A program made the translations under genes and the position numbers. A stretch of 64,000 bases of DNA from NCBI GenBank assembly GCA_947054505.1, contig CAMRWU010000002.1, forward strand, positions 6,214 to 70,213, read 5' to 3'. The number at the start of each line of letters is the position of its first letter. Within the stretch, counting starts at the first letter, position 1. The notes beneath the pieces are model-generated. The model was not told where the DNA came from, did not search any database, and saw only the letters and a list, made by a program, of their open reading frames with translations. The stretch comes from an uncultured Pseudomonadota bacterium. Its GTDB lineage: Bacteria > Pseudomonadota > Alphaproteobacteria > RF32 > CAG-239. Shown one piece after another: positions 1-11,164 of the stretch.

Positions 1-143
1 TCAATCGTTCCCCCCAGTGGAATGATTGACACAAGAGTCTCCAGGATCCAATGCTTCGCAAGAAGAGTTGGGAATAGCTTCATCATCTTCGACTGCTCCA
101 TCAATGGAACCAAGCTAGTCTGCTAGCAAGCTCCACTCTCCTC

Positions 144-177
144 ACATCCCCCTCTCAAAGGGGGATGTTTGTTTTTA
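144..177. terminator. GC-rich hairpin (ACATCCCCCT...AGGGGGATGT) followed by a T-run
   Basis: 10-bp perfect stem read directly; lies just downstream of the stop of the minus-strand gene 185..1450 and of a truncated upstream plus-strand ORF. Confidence 0.5.
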
Positions 178-184
178 CAAACCC

Positions 185-1450
185 TTAATCTTTCCGTCCG
201 ATGCTGGTCACGCCAAACACTTCAAAACCGTATTTTTCCAAACTATCATGCAATGCTTTACGATTTTTCCGCACCTCCATCACATCACTGAGCGGTGCCT
301 TGTACATTTCCAAAAGACCTTGCATTGTCGCATAAGTCACATCCCGACTATGCGGGCTCAAAGTATTCAGCTGATAATCGGTGCTACCGCTCTGATAAGA
401 TTTCAAAGCCTGCAATAATGGTAACGATATATGCGAAACGCGATAAGCTTTCAGCGTTTTATCACAAGTATACGCCCATTCTGACAAGGTAAATCCTTCA
501 TCAACCACCGCTCTGGCAAATTCGACCTCGCGCCCCATAATCATAACTTTTTGTACCAAACGCTGACACGGATTAACCAAATCCTTCAACTGCGGTAACG
601 GCAAACTTTTTTCATCAGGATGATGCGTTTCGTACAAATTCATCATACCGGCCACTTGATAAACCTGCAACAGATTACGTCCTTGCTTCAACCATCCTTG
701 AACATTATCAATCGTGCGAATAAAAGCCTTAACATCTTCTGAAGTCAACAAATCCGTCTTTTTCGGACTGACTGTTCGCATATCACTGCGAGTTATTTCC
801 CCTGTTTCCTCATACCCCGGCATATATTTTTCCGGCGGAACCACTGTTTTAACAAACTCATAAAACTGCGGATTGTGATAAACTTTGGGATAAGACTTCA
901 AATACCACGCAGGTATTTCCACCGGCGTCTGCTCAGTTTCCCACATCTCCGGCATTAAAAGAAAATACAGCTGAGGAGATAGAAACTCCAAATCTTCCAC
1001 ATCTTTCAATTGCTCAGCAATTCTGGACGGAAAACGATTTTTTGTTCCGCGTATTCCCGCAAGATTGAGCACTTTCTCGGACATTGTCGGCACCTGAAAC
1101 AACATCGGCCCAAAATATTCATAATACTTACGAGGCATTGCCTTAAGCATTGTCATAATAATTTCTTCATTATCCGGTTTCAAACGTTTTTCACTGGCAC
1201 CATAAGTTTGAATAACCGACTGAAAATCGCTGTCAAACACATTTCCCAAATCCCACACACTATGATACTTGGGATCGTAAATGACAGTCTCCTCATCAAA
1301 AAACTTTTGCAACTCCTCCAATGTCGGCAACTTATCTTTCTCAAAATCAATATCATACGCCGCCGCATAGTCAGCCATTGCTGCCCAAGCTTCAGAAAAG
1401 CTCAGGCAAACGAGGCAAAAAACGGCAATGATTTTTTTTAAGAATATCAA
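185..1450 (-). CDS. hypothetical secreted protein (N-terminal signal peptide)
   Basis: 421-aa ORF with hydrophobic N-terminus MIFLKKIIAVFCLVCLSFSEAWA; no family recognised by eye. Confidence 0.6.
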   Translation of the reverse strand: MIFLKKIIAVFCLVCLSFSEAWAAMADYAAAYDIDFEKDKLPTLEELQKFFDEETVIYDPKYHSVWDLGNVFDSDFQSVIQTYGASEKRLKPDNEEIIMTMLKAMPRKYYEYFGPMLFQVPTMSEKVLNLAGIRGTKNRFPSRIAEQLKDVEDLEFLSPQLYFLLMPEMWETEQTPVEIPAWYLKSYPKVYHNPQFYEFVKTVVPPEKYMPGYEETGEITRSDMRTVSPKKTDLLTSEDVKAFIRTIDNVQGWLKQGRNLLQVYQVAGMMNLYETHHPDEKSLPLPQLKDLVNPCQRLVQKVMIMGREVEFARAVVDEGFTLSEWAYTCDKTLKAYRVSHISLPLLQALKSYQSGSTDYQLNTLSPHSRDVTYATMQGLLEMYKAPLSDVMEVRKNRKALHDSLEKYGFEVFGVTSIGRKD

Positions 1451-2901
1451 TTACGTGTCATCCGAACTTTAAAGTTAAGAACTGTTTTTTCGCTCCCCGG
1501 AACCTCGACATTCCATACTAACTGACGCACTTTGTCTGACTTACTCGGCATATTCTCGCTGATAACATCAACAGAGGCATAGAAGTTCTGTTCAAAAACA
1601 ACCGTTTGAGGCGCTTCCTTTGCATTATGGAACACAACTTCAACTTCCGCCTCAAAAACCTTATCTGACAACTTCTGCATCTTTTTGACCTGCCCATTGG
1701 CATAAACATCAAAAGCCTGCCCAACTGTCAACTCCGCAGTTTCTCCTTTGGCCAACTGGCGAATATTGGCAGAACCGGTAAACTCGGAAGCCCCACTGTC
1801 GTCTTTATTATAAAAACGAATAATTCCTGCCGGCAACGGCATTCCCAGATGGCTCTCTTCATTATTTTTCAACGTGTAAATCAATTGCGGATGAGCATTT
1901 TCAAAAGAAGCATCCTGACTTCCCAAAGACAAATACAGCGGCGAAGTCAATTTATACTTTTTAGCAAAAGAAACATCCTTAATATCCATCAAACTAACTT
2001 GTTTTGACTGCTTGTCCATAATATCCGTTTTTTGCGGCAAACGATACACATAATATTCAGACAAATTTTCCGCCGTCAAAGAAGCTCTTTCCTGAATAGC
2101 GGTATCCGCCGCCATAATACCAGTCGCCTTAGCCATCATCAGATTTTGACGCATCTGAACCGGTCGTGGCGCCGAAACATTATTAACCTCACCGGCAATA
2201 AGTTTAACCGAAGCATTTTTATAATCTGCACCGGACTGATTGTTCAAGGTAACCCACCCTTGCAAATCCATTGTTGTATCGGCAGTCAGTTCTGCAACAT
2301 AATTTGCTTGCCAACTCAACCCTTGTGTCAAATAGGTTAAATTCAAAGTCTTGCCACCGGCCTCAACATTCTCCAAAGCCACAGCCAATGTCGGCTTAAC
2401 ACGCAAATTCTGTGGCAAATCCTTATAGACCAAGCGCCCTGGGAAATTGCTCTCAATCCCGTAGCTGAACTTTAATATCGGCCGACCGTAATTACTGTTG
2501 ATAATCGTAGCTTTATCAAAAACATTTTTACCCGTTTCCGGATTCGTTATCACGGTTGTTACTTCCTGCCCTATCGATTCTTCCAAAATATTTTCGGGCG
2601 TCAAGAGATCATATTCATAGTTTTGTTCCAAAATTTTAACACCGTTTGCATTGATGACAGCGGTTTCCGGCATCATCTGAGAAGCCACGCCTTCAAAAGC
2701 AACATCTGCCCGACCGATCCCCAAATCAACTTGTCGGCTATCTTTAATCAATGCCAGATTTTGATTATAAATACTCACTTCAACAGCCGTATCATCTTGA
2801 ATTTTCAGAGTTGTTTCATTTGCCGAAACCTGATTTCCGGCACCCGTAAACGGCAAAGCGGCAAAAAGAGTGTAATACATATATTTATTAAACATTGTCA
2901 T
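1447..2901 (-). CDS. hypothetical secreted protein (possibly DUF4139-like)
   Basis: 484-aa ORF with signal peptide; 4-nt overlap with the upstream gene suggests an operon; family assignment is a guess. Confidence 0.55.
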   Translation of the reverse strand: MTMFNKYMYYTLFAALPFTGAGNQVSANETTLKIQDDTAVEVSIYNQNLALIKDSRQVDLGIGRADVAFEGVASQMMPETAVINANGVKILEQNYEYDLLTPENILEESIGQEVTTVITNPETGKNVFDKATIINSNYGRPILKFSYGIESNFPGRLVYKDLPQNLRVKPTLAVALENVEAGGKTLNLTYLTQGLSWQANYVAELTADTTMDLQGWVTLNNQSGADYKNASVKLIAGEVNNVSAPRPVQMRQNLMMAKATGIMAADTAIQERASLTAENLSEYYVYRLPQKTDIMDKQSKQVSLMDIKDVSFAKKYKLTSPLYLSLGSQDASFENAHPQLIYTLKNNEESHLGMPLPAGIIRFYNKDDSGASEFTGSANIRQLAKGETAELTVGQAFDVYANGQVKKMQKLSDKVFEAEVEVVFHNAKEAPQTVVFEQNFYASVDVISENMPSKSDKVRQLVWNVEVPGSEKTVLNFKVRMTRN

Positions 2902-3039
2902 AATCTCCTCTCCAAAATTTCTTTAAATATAATGTAAAAAATTTCAAAAAAGAAGCAATAAATGAATTTTACTCTAGACTCGCAGAAAATATTGCCATAC
3001 TATGTGGCCATACCGTTATTTTTTACAAGGAGCACGATA

Positions 3040-3546
3040 ATGGCCTGGACAGACGAAATGGTCGAAGATTTGAAAAGAATGTGGAAAGAAGGGCTGACCA
3101 CCGGTGAAATTGGCAAACGCCTGAACGTTTCCAAAAACTCCATCGTCGGCAAAGTTCACCGTCTTGGTCTCTCCGGTCGTCCGTCTCCCATCAAGAAAAA
3201 AGAAGATTCTGCCGCTCCGGCAAAACCGCAACCTAAACCGGCTGCCCCCAAACCGGTAAAAACCGTTAAGGAAGAAAAGCCCATTGCTCCTAAAGTCGCT
3301 CCTGTTGAAAAAAAGCAACAGGAACCCGTAAAAGAAATGTTCACTCAGCCGATTATTCCGGCCACACCTAAAGTCAAACATAACGGCAATCTGAGCTTAA
3401 CTGATTTGGACAATCACACCTGTCGTTGGCCGATAGGCGACCCTAAAGATGACAACTTCCATTTCTGCGGCAAAAAAGTTCGCATCGGACAAACCTATTG
3501 CGAAGAACACGCCGCCCTAGCCTACGTAAAGCCGACAAAAAAATAA
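3040..3546 (+). CDS. gcrA: cell-cycle transcriptional regulator GcrA
   Basis: N-terminus MAWTDEMVEDLKRMWKEGLTTGEIGKRLNVSKNSIVGKVHRLGLSGR and C-terminus CRWPIGDP...FCG...YCEEHAALAY match the GcrA family; ATG at 3040 preceded by AAGGAG. Confidence 0.85.
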   Translation: MAWTDEMVEDLKRMWKEGLTTGEIGKRLNVSKNSIVGKVHRLGLSGRPSPIKKKEDSAAPAKPQPKPAAPKPVKTVKEEKPIAPKVAPVEKKQQEPVKEMFTQPIIPATPKVKHNGNLSLTDLDNHTCRWPIGDPKDDNFHFCGKKVRIGQTYCEEHAALAYVKPTKK

Positions 3547-3618
3547 TAAAATATTAACTCTTAACATGTTAAGATAACATAGATTTTGTATCAAAGACCT
3601 ATAAAAGGATGTCGTTTT

Positions 3619-4431
3619 ATGTCGCTTAACATGTTATTAGCCTTTCTTGCCGGTTTTGGCGTTGTTATCGGTTCTATCACTGCAGCAACCAACAATCCGG
3701 CTATGTTTATTGATATTCCGTCAGTCATTGTCGTCTGCGGTGGTACGTTTGTAACCCTGTTTATCTCTTACGAACTCAAAACCTCTAAAGAAGCACTGAG
3801 ACTCATTGGTCAATCATTCAAAAAACATACGGATTCGGAAATGTCCTTAAAAGACGAAGTCGGACGCATCATCCGTTGGGGCTACATCATCCAAAAAAAC
3901 GGCCTCCAAGGCTTGGAAAACGAAGTTACCGAACAACTTCGTAAAGAAAATCCCTTTTTGGCTTATGGCGTTGATTTGGTTGTCACCGGATACACTGGCA
4001 ATGAAATCAAACAAATCTTGTCCTATATGATTGATTCGGAAGTCGAACGTAGCGGCAAACCGACAGACGCCCTCAAAAAAATGGGCGGTGACGCACCGGC
4101 ATTCGGTATGATGGGAACACTTATCGGTTTGGTTATCATGCTTGGTAACATGGGATCTGATCCGGCAGCAATCGGTCCGTCAATGGCAGTTGCTTTGATC
4201 ACAACATTCTATGGTATTATCTTGGCTCGTTTGGTGATGATTCCCATTGCCACCAAAATCGCCGCACGCAACAATGTAACACAATTCAAACAAAATCTGG
4301 AAATGGAAGGGTTGGTTCTTTTGGCTGAAAGAAAAAGCCCCCGTTATATTCAGGATAAGATCAACTCATTCGTTTCAACAGAAGAACAGTTCCTGATTGA
4401 CCGCGATATGAACAATTCTCCGTCTGCATAA
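3619..4431 (+). CDS. motA: flagellar motor stator protein MotA (MotA/TolQ/ExbB family)
   Basis: multi-TM protein with conserved C-terminal TM3/TM4 region (GTLIGLV...ALITTFYG); immediately precedes motB. Confidence 0.75.
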   Translation: MSLNMLLAFLAGFGVVIGSITAATNNPAMFIDIPSVIVVCGGTFVTLFISYELKTSKEALRLIGQSFKKHTDSEMSLKDEVGRIIRWGYIIQKNGLQGLENEVTEQLRKENPFLAYGVDLVVTGYTGNEIKQILSYMIDSEVERSGKPTDALKKMGGDAPAFGMMGTLIGLVIMLGNMGSDPAAIGPSMAVALITTFYGIILARLVMIPIATKIAARNNVTQFKQNLEMEGLVLLAERKSPRYIQDKINSFVSTEEQFLIDRDMNNSPSA

Positions 4432-4442
4432 CAGGTGAAAGC

Positions 4443-5099
4443 ATGAAAAAAAGACCTGAAGAAAAAATTGATGAAGATTGGCAAGCCACTTACGGCGATA
4501 TGGTCACACTGTTGCTGTGTTTCTTCGTAATGATGTTGGCCGTGTCCAAAATGGATGTCGCCAAGTTTGAAATGATTCAAGCCGGCATGAACCAAGGCTT
4601 CGGGAAAAAAGATGTCCAACGCCCGATTGAGATGATGATGATGGAATTATCTGATGACATCCAATCAACCGGTGCGGAAGACGACGTCTCCCTTGGTAGT
4701 GATACTCAAGGTGTTGTTATCGAGCTCGGGGATGAAATGGTTTTCAACTATGGTTCAGCCGAAATCAGACAAGACGCCATCCCCGTCCTCAAAAAAATGG
4801 CCGCTACCTTACAATCCGAACGCTACAACGCTTTCAATTTCAGTGTTGAAGGTCACACCAGTGACGAAGCGTTCAGCAATGCACAATTTCCATCCAACTG
4901 GGAACTGTCATCCGCTCGTGCGGCGGCTGTCGCCCGCCTGCTTGAAAGCCGGGGCATCCCCAGAGTTCGCTTAAAAGTCACAGGATTTTACGATAATGTT
5001 CCCAAATATCCGAACTATGACCACTACGGACAACCGATTCCGCAAAATCGCGCCAAAAACCGCCGTGTTGTCATCCATGTGGAACCAAACTTCAAATAA
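4443..5099 (+). CDS. motB: flagellar motor protein MotB (OmpA-like C-terminal domain)
   Basis: N-terminal TM with conserved D (YGDMVTLLLCFF) and OmpA-like C-terminus (NRRVVIHV). Confidence 0.75.
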   Translation: MKKRPEEKIDEDWQATYGDMVTLLLCFFVMMLAVSKMDVAKFEMIQAGMNQGFGKKDVQRPIEMMMMELSDDIQSTGAEDDVSLGSDTQGVVIELGDEMVFNYGSAEIRQDAIPVLKKMAATLQSERYNAFNFSVEGHTSDEAFSNAQFPSNWELSSARAAAVARLLESRGIPRVRLKVTGFYDNVPKYPNYDHYGQPIPQNRAKNRRVVIHVEPNFK

Positions 5100-5101
5100 A
5101 A

Positions 5102-5138
5102 AAATCCCCGCTTTTGAAAGCGGGGATTTCATTTTTAT
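5102..5138. terminator. bidirectional rho-independent terminator
   Basis: AAATCCCCGC-TTTTGAA-AGCGGGGATTT hairpin with flanking A/T runs, between convergent genes. Confidence 0.6.
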
Positions 5139-5461
5139 TGAGCACTCAAAGAATTCTTCAAATTACCCAAACTGTTTTTAGCATCTTCAACGGCCTTTTT
5201 GCGAGCGGCTTCCTGCTCGGCTTTTTTCTGGTCAGCTTCGGCTTTTTTAGCATCAGCCTTAGCCTTTTTAGCCTCTAATTTAGCCTTAAGAGCGGCATCT
5301 TTTTCAGCTTGTTTAGCTTTAGCCGCTTCAACCTTAGCGGCGGCTTTGTCAGCTTTTTCTTGAACAGCCTGTGCTGCGGAAGTCGCATCCCAAGCGGCAG
5401 AAGCATTAGCGGCAGTCAAGGCCATCATAGAAACGGCGACAGCAGCAACAACTTTACGCAT
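5135..5461 (-). CDS. Lys/Ala-rich coiled-coil periplasmic protein
   Basis: 108 aa with signal peptide and KA-repeat low-complexity sequence. Confidence 0.5.
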   Translation of the reverse strand: MRKVVAAVAVSMMALTAANASAAWDATSAAQAVQEKADKAAAKVEAAKAKQAEKDAALKAKLEAKKAKADAKKAEADQKKAEQEAARKKAVEDAKNSLGNLKNSLSAQ

Positions 5462-5704
5462 AATCTTTCTCCTTAAAAATTTTAACCTCTTTTAATATAG
5501 CTCCTAAAAAGCAAACAACAATTTTTCTAAACCATATGTACACATATTTTTCATGTTCCCGAGTGTCATTTTTCGCTGGTTTTAAAAAAAATATCGTGCT
5601 ATAAAACGCGCATAGAAAAGATTCTATATATGCAACCCCGACCGGAACGCGGGCTTTTATTTGTGTTTCGGTCGAATTTATTAACTTATAAGGATAATAG
5701 ATAT

Positions 5705-8700
5705 ATGTCTGACGTTAAGATGAAAATGATGGATGGTAACGAAGCTGCAGCTTCCGTTGCCCACCGCATGAATGAAGTCTGCGTTATCTACCCGATTACC
5801 CCGTCTTCTCCGATGGGTGAATGGGCTGATGCGTGGTCTGCAGCCAAACAAAAGAACCTTTGGGGTGTTGTTCCTGAAGTTCAGGAAATGCAATCTGAAG
5901 CCGGTGCCGCCGGTGCCTGCCACGGTTCAATTCAGGCTGGTGCTTTGACAACAACCTTCACCGCTTCTCAAGGTTTGCTGTTGATGATTCCCAACATGTA
6001 CAAAATTGCCGGTGAATTGTCTCCGTTTGTAATGCACGTTGCCGCTCGTTCTTTGGCTTACCATGCATTGTCAATCTTTGGCGACCACTCAGACGTTATG
6101 TCTTGCCGCCAGACAGGTTTTGCAATGTTGTGCTCTAACTCTGTTCAAGAAGCTCATGACTTTGCCGCTATCGCACAAACATCTACTCTGCGTTCTCGCG
6201 TACCGTTCATGCACTTCTTTGACGGTTTCCGCACTTCTCACGAAATCAAAAAAATCAAATTGCTCTCTGATGACAATTTGAACGCCATGTTGGAAGGCGT
6301 TGACTACAAACGCAACGCTGAATGCGCTCTGCGTCCGGAATCTCCGGTTATTCGCGGTACAGCTCAAAATCCGGATGTCTTCTTCCAAGGCCGCGAAGCT
6401 TGCAATCCTTTCTACAATCAGGTTGAAACCATTGTTCAGGAAGAAATGGACAAGTTCGCTAAAATCTCCGGCCGTTCTTACAAGACCGTTGAATATGTTG
6501 GTCCGGAAGATGCCGAACAAGTTATCGTTATCATGGGTTCCGGTGCTGAAACCGTTGAAGAAGCTATCACTTACCTCAACGCTAACGGCTATAAAGTCGG
6601 CTTGGTTAAAGTCCGCCTGTACCGTCCGTTCCCGTCCAAATCTTTCGTTGCCGCTTTACCGAAATCTGTTAAAGTCGTTAACGTTTTGGACAGAACAAAA
6701 GAATCAGGTTCTATCGGTGAACCTTTGTACCTCGACGTTGTCGCTACATTGACTCAAGCTTTTGCCAACAACGAAATCGCTTCTATGCCGCGCATTTTCG
6801 GTGGCCGTTACGGTTTGTCTTCAAAAGAATTCACTCCGGGTATGGTTCGTGCCGTTTATGACAACGGTGCTTCTGCAAAACCGATTAACGGTTTCTCTGT
6901 TGGTATTAACGATGACGTTAACAACACTTCCCTGCCCTACAGCGATGATATCGACACCGAAGGCAAAGATGTTGTCCGCGCCGTATTCTACGGTTTGGGT
7001 GCCGACGGTACTGTCGGAGCTAACAAAAACTCTATTAAGATTATTGCTGAAGATGCCGGCAAATATGGTCAAGGCTACTTCGTTTACGACTCTCGTAAAT
7101 CCGGTTCTATGACCACATCTCACTTGCGTTTCTCTGACAACCCGATTAAAGCCGCTTACTTGATTAACAAAGCTGACTTTGTCGCTTGTCACCAATTCCC
7201 GTTCATGGCAAAAGTTGATATTTTGAAAATTGCCAAACCGGGAGCAACCTTCTTATTGAACGCTCCTTACAGCGCTGACGAAGTTTGGGATCACCTCCCG
7301 ATTGAAGTTCAGGAAGAAATCATTGCTAAGAAATTGAACTTCTACACCATCAACGCTATTGAAGTTGCTCGTGCAACCGGCATGGGCATGCGCATCAACA
7401 CTGTAATGCAGACATGTTTCTTTGCAATTTCCAACATCTTGCCGAAAGATGAAGCAATTGCTCAGATTAAAAATGCCATTAAGAAAACTTACAGCAAAAA
7501 GGGGGATGCCATCGTTCAAAAGAACTTCGTTGCTGTTGACGCTTCTTTGGAACACCTGCACAAAGTTGAATATCCTTCAACTGTCACCTCCACATTCCAC
7601 CGTGCTCTTCCGGTTCCTGCCAATGCGCCAGAATTCGTTAAGAAGCTCACAGGTGAAATCATTGCCGACCGTGGTAACGAACTTCCGGTTAGCGCATTTG
7701 CTGAGGTTGTTGACGGCACATGGCCGACAGGCACAACCCAATACGAAAAACGTTGCATCGCAACCGAAATTCCGGTTTGGGATCCTGAAACATGTATCCA
7801 ATGCGGTAAATGTTCTTTGGTTTGCCCGCACGGTGTTATCCGTATGAAAGTTGCAACAGAAGAAGAATTGAAGAATGCTCCGGCTGGCTTCAAATCAGCT
7901 GCTTACAAAGGAAAAGAATTCGCAGGCAAACAATTCATCCTGCAAATTTCTCCGGAAGATTGTACAGGTTGCGGCATCTGCGTCAGCTCTTGTCCGGCTA
8001 AAAACAAAGCCAATCCGGAACTCAAAGCCATCAATATGGATCATATTGAAAACCACTTGGCTGAACAGAAAGCTTGCTGGAACTTCTTTGAAACTCTGCC
8101 GTACGTAAAACGTACCGAAGTTGAAAAGAAACTGCCGAAAACCACTCAGTTGATTCAACCGTTGTTTGAATACTCCGGCGCTTGTGCAGGCTGTGGCGAA
8201 ACACCGTACATCAAATTGTTGACCCAATTGTTCGGTGACCGTATGGTTGTTGCCAACGCAACAGGTTGTTCATCAATCTACTCCGGCAACCTGCCGACAA
8301 CACCTTATGCTAAGGACGAAAAAGGTCATGGTCCGGCTTGGGCAAACTCTTTGTTCGAAGACAACGCCGAATTCGGTCTGGGTATGAGATTCTCTATCGA
8401 CCAACAGACACACTTTGCCAAAACCTTGCTCGAAGGTTTGAAAGACAAAATCGGTGTCGAATTGGCTGACAAAATCTTATCCAACCCGCAAACAACAGAT
8501 ATCGAAATCGATGACCAACGCGCCAACGTTAAAGCTTTGCGCAACAAGTTGGCTTCCATTGACAGCGCAGAAGCTAAACACCTCGATACACTGGCTGATT
8601 ACCTGATCAAGAAATCAGTTTGGATTATCGGTGGTGACGGTTGGGCTTATGATATCGGCTTCGGCGGTTTGGATCACGCAATTGCCTCCGGCAAAAATAT

Positions 8701-9265
8701 CAATATCTTGGTTATTGATACAGGCGTTTACTCCAACACCGGTGGTCAGCAATCTAAAGCTACTCCGATGGGTGCATCCGCTAAATTTGCGACAGCAGGT
8801 AAAGCTTTGCCGAAGAAAGATCTGGCGATGATTGCGATGTCTTACGGTAATGTTTACGTTGCTCAGGTAGCCGTTGGTGCCAACGATACTCAAGTGATTA
8901 AAGCTATGAATGAAGCCGAAGCCTTTGATGGTCCGTCTATCATCATTGCTTACTCACACTGTATCGCTCAAGGCTTCAATCTGGCTGATGGTCTGAGCCA
9001 CCAGAAAGACGCCGTTGAATCCGGTTCTTGGCCGTTGTATCGCTACAATCCGGAAAACATCAGCGAAGGTAAAGCTCCGTTGATGCTGGATTCAAAAGCA
9101 CCGAGCAAACCGTTGGCTGAATACATGGCTAACGAAACTCGTTTCCAAATTGTGAACAAACAAAATCCGGAACGTTATGAAACTCTGGTTAACAGAGCCC
9201 AAGAAAACGTTAAGGACAAACGTTCTCTGTTGGAACACATGGCTGAATACAAAACAGCTGAATAA
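5705..9265 (+). CDS. nifJ: pyruvate:ferredoxin (flavodoxin) oxidoreductase, single-chain PFOR
   Basis: ~1185 aa; domain order alpha-gamma-delta (two 4Fe-4S CxxCxxCxxxCP motifs)-beta (TPP-binding GDG); start reset to ATG 5705 with AAGGA RBS. Confidence 0.9.
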   Translation: MSDVKMKMMDGNEAAASVAHRMNEVCVIYPITPSSPMGEWADAWSAAKQKNLWGVVPEVQEMQSEAGAAGACHGSIQAGALTTTFTASQGLLLMIPNMYKIAGELSPFVMHVAARSLAYHALSIFGDHSDVMSCRQTGFAMLCSNSVQEAHDFAAIAQTSTLRSRVPFMHFFDGFRTSHEIKKIKLLSDDNLNAMLEGVDYKRNAECALRPESPVIRGTAQNPDVFFQGREACNPFYNQVETIVQEEMDKFAKISGRSYKTVEYVGPEDAEQVIVIMGSGAETVEEAITYLNANGYKVGLVKVRLYRPFPSKSFVAALPKSVKVVNVLDRTKESGSIGEPLYLDVVATLTQAFANNEIASMPRIFGGRYGLSSKEFTPGMVRAVYDNGASAKPINGFSVGINDDVNNTSLPYSDDIDTEGKDVVRAVFYGLGADGTVGANKNSIKIIAEDAGKYGQGYFVYDSRKSGSMTTSHLRFSDNPIKAAYLINKADFVACHQFPFMAKVDILKIAKPGATFLLNAPYSADEVWDHLPIEVQEEIIAKKLNFYTINAIEVARATGMGMRINTVMQTCFFAISNILPKDEAIAQIKNAIKKTYSKKGDAIVQKNFVAVDASLEHLHKVEYPSTVTSTFHRALPVPANAPEFVKKLTGEIIADRGNELPVSAFAEVVDGTWPTGTTQYEKRCIATEIPVWDPETCIQCGKCSLVCPHGVIRMKVATEEELKNAPAGFKSAAYKGKEFAGKQFILQISPEDCTGCGICVSSCPAKNKANPELKAINMDHIENHLAEQKACWNFFETLPYVKRTEVEKKLPKTTQLIQPLFEYSGACAGCGETPYIKLLTQLFGDRMVVANATGCSSIYSGNLPTTPYAKDEKGHGPAWANSLFEDNAEFGLGMRFSIDQQTHFAKTLLEGLKDKIGVELADKILSNPQTTDIEIDDQRANVKALRNKLASIDSAEAKHLDTLADYLIKKSVWIIGGDGWAYDIGFGGLDHAIASGKNINILVIDTGVYSNTGGQQSKATPMGASAKFATAGKALPKKDLAMIAMSYGNVYVAQVAVGANDTQVIKAMNEAEAFDGPSIIIAYSHCIAQGFNLADGLSHQKDAVESGSWPLYRYNPENISEGKAPLMLDSKAPSKPLAEYMANETRFQIVNKQNPERYETLVNRAQENVKDKRSLLEHMAEYKTAE

Positions 9266-9285
9266 GCCGTTTTGAAACAACCGAC

Positions 9286-9318
9286 GAAAACAGCCCTCAT
9301 TTGAGGGCTGTTTTTTTG
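9286..9318 (+). terminator. rho-independent terminator after PFOR
   Basis: CAGCCCTCA-TT-TGAGGGCTG followed by a T7 run. Confidence 0.65.
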
Positions 9319-9355
9319 TACCTCGAAGTTCTCGGACAAACCGAAAATATCTTTT

Positions 9356-9862
9356 TTATATTCGTTCGCCATTTTGCCGAAACTGAGGACGTCCGCAATT
9401 GCTAATACCTCGTTTGGCATGATAATGCTGATGAAATTCTTCTGCCGGATAAAACACGGTGGCTGCCGTCACTTCTGTTACAATATCCCCTTGATAATGA
9501 TTAAGTTTGCGCAATGCGGCTATTTTTTCAATTGCCGCTTTTTTTTGCTTATCATTCAAATAAAATACCGCCGAACGATACTGTGAACCGACATCAACAC
9601 CTTGTCGATTTAACTGTGTCGGATCATGAATATCAAAAAACACATCCAAAAGCTGAGAAAAGCTGATTTCTTTAGGATCAAAAGTGATTTCTATCGCTTC
9701 GGCATGCCCGCTTCGTCCGGATGCCACTTCCATATAACTCGGCTCAGGCACTTTTCCTCCGGTAAAACCAACCCGTGTTGACAAAACACCGGCAACCGTC
9801 TCAAAAGCCGATTGCACCCCCCAAAAACACCCGCAAGCTAAAATTGCCTTTTCCATTTTCAC
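9356..9862 (-). CDS. msrA: peptide methionine sulfoxide reductase MsrA
   Basis: ILACGCFWG active-site motif near the N-terminus; 168 aa. Confidence 0.85.
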   Translation of the reverse strand: MKMEKAILACGCFWGVQSAFETVAGVLSTRVGFTGGKVPEPSYMEVASGRSGHAEAIEITFDPKEISFSQLLDVFFDIHDPTQLNRQGVDVGSQYRSAVFYLNDKQKKAAIEKIAALRKLNHYQGDIVTEVTAATVFYPAEEFHQHYHAKRGISNCGRPQFRQNGERI

Positions 9863-9979
9863 CTCATAAAAAAACTGTTAAATTTTAAATAAGCACGCTC
9901 TTGTCTGTTTCAACAATTAACCTTAAATTTACCTATAAAGCATCATAATAACATAAACTAAAAAGATAAGGATTCTGAG

Positions 9980-11164
9980 ATGAACAGCGCTTTGTGCCTT
10001 CATAACGCAACAATCTTAACCGGTTTTTCCATCATGAAAAACTGTGCCGTCTACATCAAAAACAATAAAATTGCCGATGTCTACAACGAAGACCGCTTCA
10101 AAAAAAAGACCTTTTCACCTAAAGTCAAAATTATTGACGTTAACGGCGCCTATGTCGTCCCCGGTCTGATTGACACCCATATACACGGTATTGGCGGATA
10201 CAGCGCCGACAAAGGCGACTATAAAGACATCCTAGGCATGTCTGAAGTTTTGGCACAACATGGCGTCACCTCATTCATTCCCACATTGTGCACCGCCACG
10301 GAAGAAGAAATGCTAAAAAAAATAAAAGCGGTCATCAAAGCTATGGGAAAAGAAAAAGGTGCTCATATTTTGGGAATGCACCTTGAAGGTCCGTTTATTT
10401 CTCACGACCGAATTGGCGCTCAGCCGGCAGATGGTGTCAGTGCCTGCAATATTAAAATGATGGACAATTTTTGGAAAGCATCCAAAGGCAAAATCATTAA
10501 TATGACCGTTGCTCCGGAGCTCCCCGGAATGCGAGAATTGGCTTTATTTTGTCTGGAAAAAGGCATTGTTTTACAAGCCGGACACACCAACGCCACTTAC
10601 GAACAAATGATAGAAGGAATGCAGGTCAACATTATGCACGTCACTCACCTGTTTAATGCCATGCGTCCCTTACATCATCGAGAACCCGGCGTCGTCGGAG
10701 CGGCATTGATTCATCCTGAAATTTCTTGTGAAATCATTGGTGACGGCATCCATGTCAACCCGAACCTTATTCAACTTCTGATGAAGAGCAAACCGCTCAG
10801 TCAGTTGGTTTTGATTACCGATGCTTTTGAGTTAGCCAAAACCGATCTTCCTGAAAATTCGGAATATTACTTCAACAAATGTTTCAAACGCAAAACAGAT
10901 GATGTCATTATCGGTTCTGGAATCAGCATGCTTGACGGCCTTCAAAACCTGATAACATTCGGTGTTGCCCCTGAAAAAGCGATTCGCATGGCGGCAACCA
11001 ATCCGGCTCGCATTATGAAACAAAACAACAAAGGTTCCATCATCCCCGGCTATGACGCGGATCTTCTGGTTTTAGATAAAGATTTTCAAAAACTTTTTAC
11101 AATAATCGACGGCAAAATATTAAAGGAAAAAACCAATGAGAGTAATCATAAAAAACGATTATAG
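9980..11164 (+). CDS. nagA: N-acetylglucosamine-6-phosphate deacetylase
   Basis: amidohydrolase fold with metal-ligand motifs (DTHIHG, HLEGPF, AGHTNA); adjacent to nagB. Confidence 0.8.
   Translation: MNSALCLHNATILTGFSIMKNCAVYIKNNKIADVYNEDRFKKKTFSPKVKIIDVNGAYVVPGLIDTHIHGIGGYSADKGDYKDILGMSEVLAQHGVTSFIPTLCTATEEEMLKKIKAVIKAMGKEKGAHILGMHLEGPFISHDRIGAQPADGVSACNIKMMDNFWKASKGKIINMTVAPELPGMRELALFCLEKGIVLQAGHTNATYEQMIEGMQVNIMHVTHLFNAMRPLHHREPGVVGAALIHPEISCEIIGDGIHVNPNLIQLLMKSKPLSQLVLITDAFELAKTDLPENSEYYFNKCFKRKTDDVIIGSGISMLDGLQNLITFGVAPEKAIRMAATNPARIMKQNNKGSIIPGYDADLLVLDKDFQKLFTIIDGKILKEKTNESNHKKRL

Noticed and set aside
1010-1441. 143-aa plus-strand ORF antisense to the 185..1450 gene; similar antisense ORFs inside PFOR (6089..6520, 6821..7195, 7516..7893), ftsZ (14189..14641) and glyQS
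   Set aside because: Fully nested antisense in confidently assigned genes, with low-complexity translations; typical shadow ORFs.
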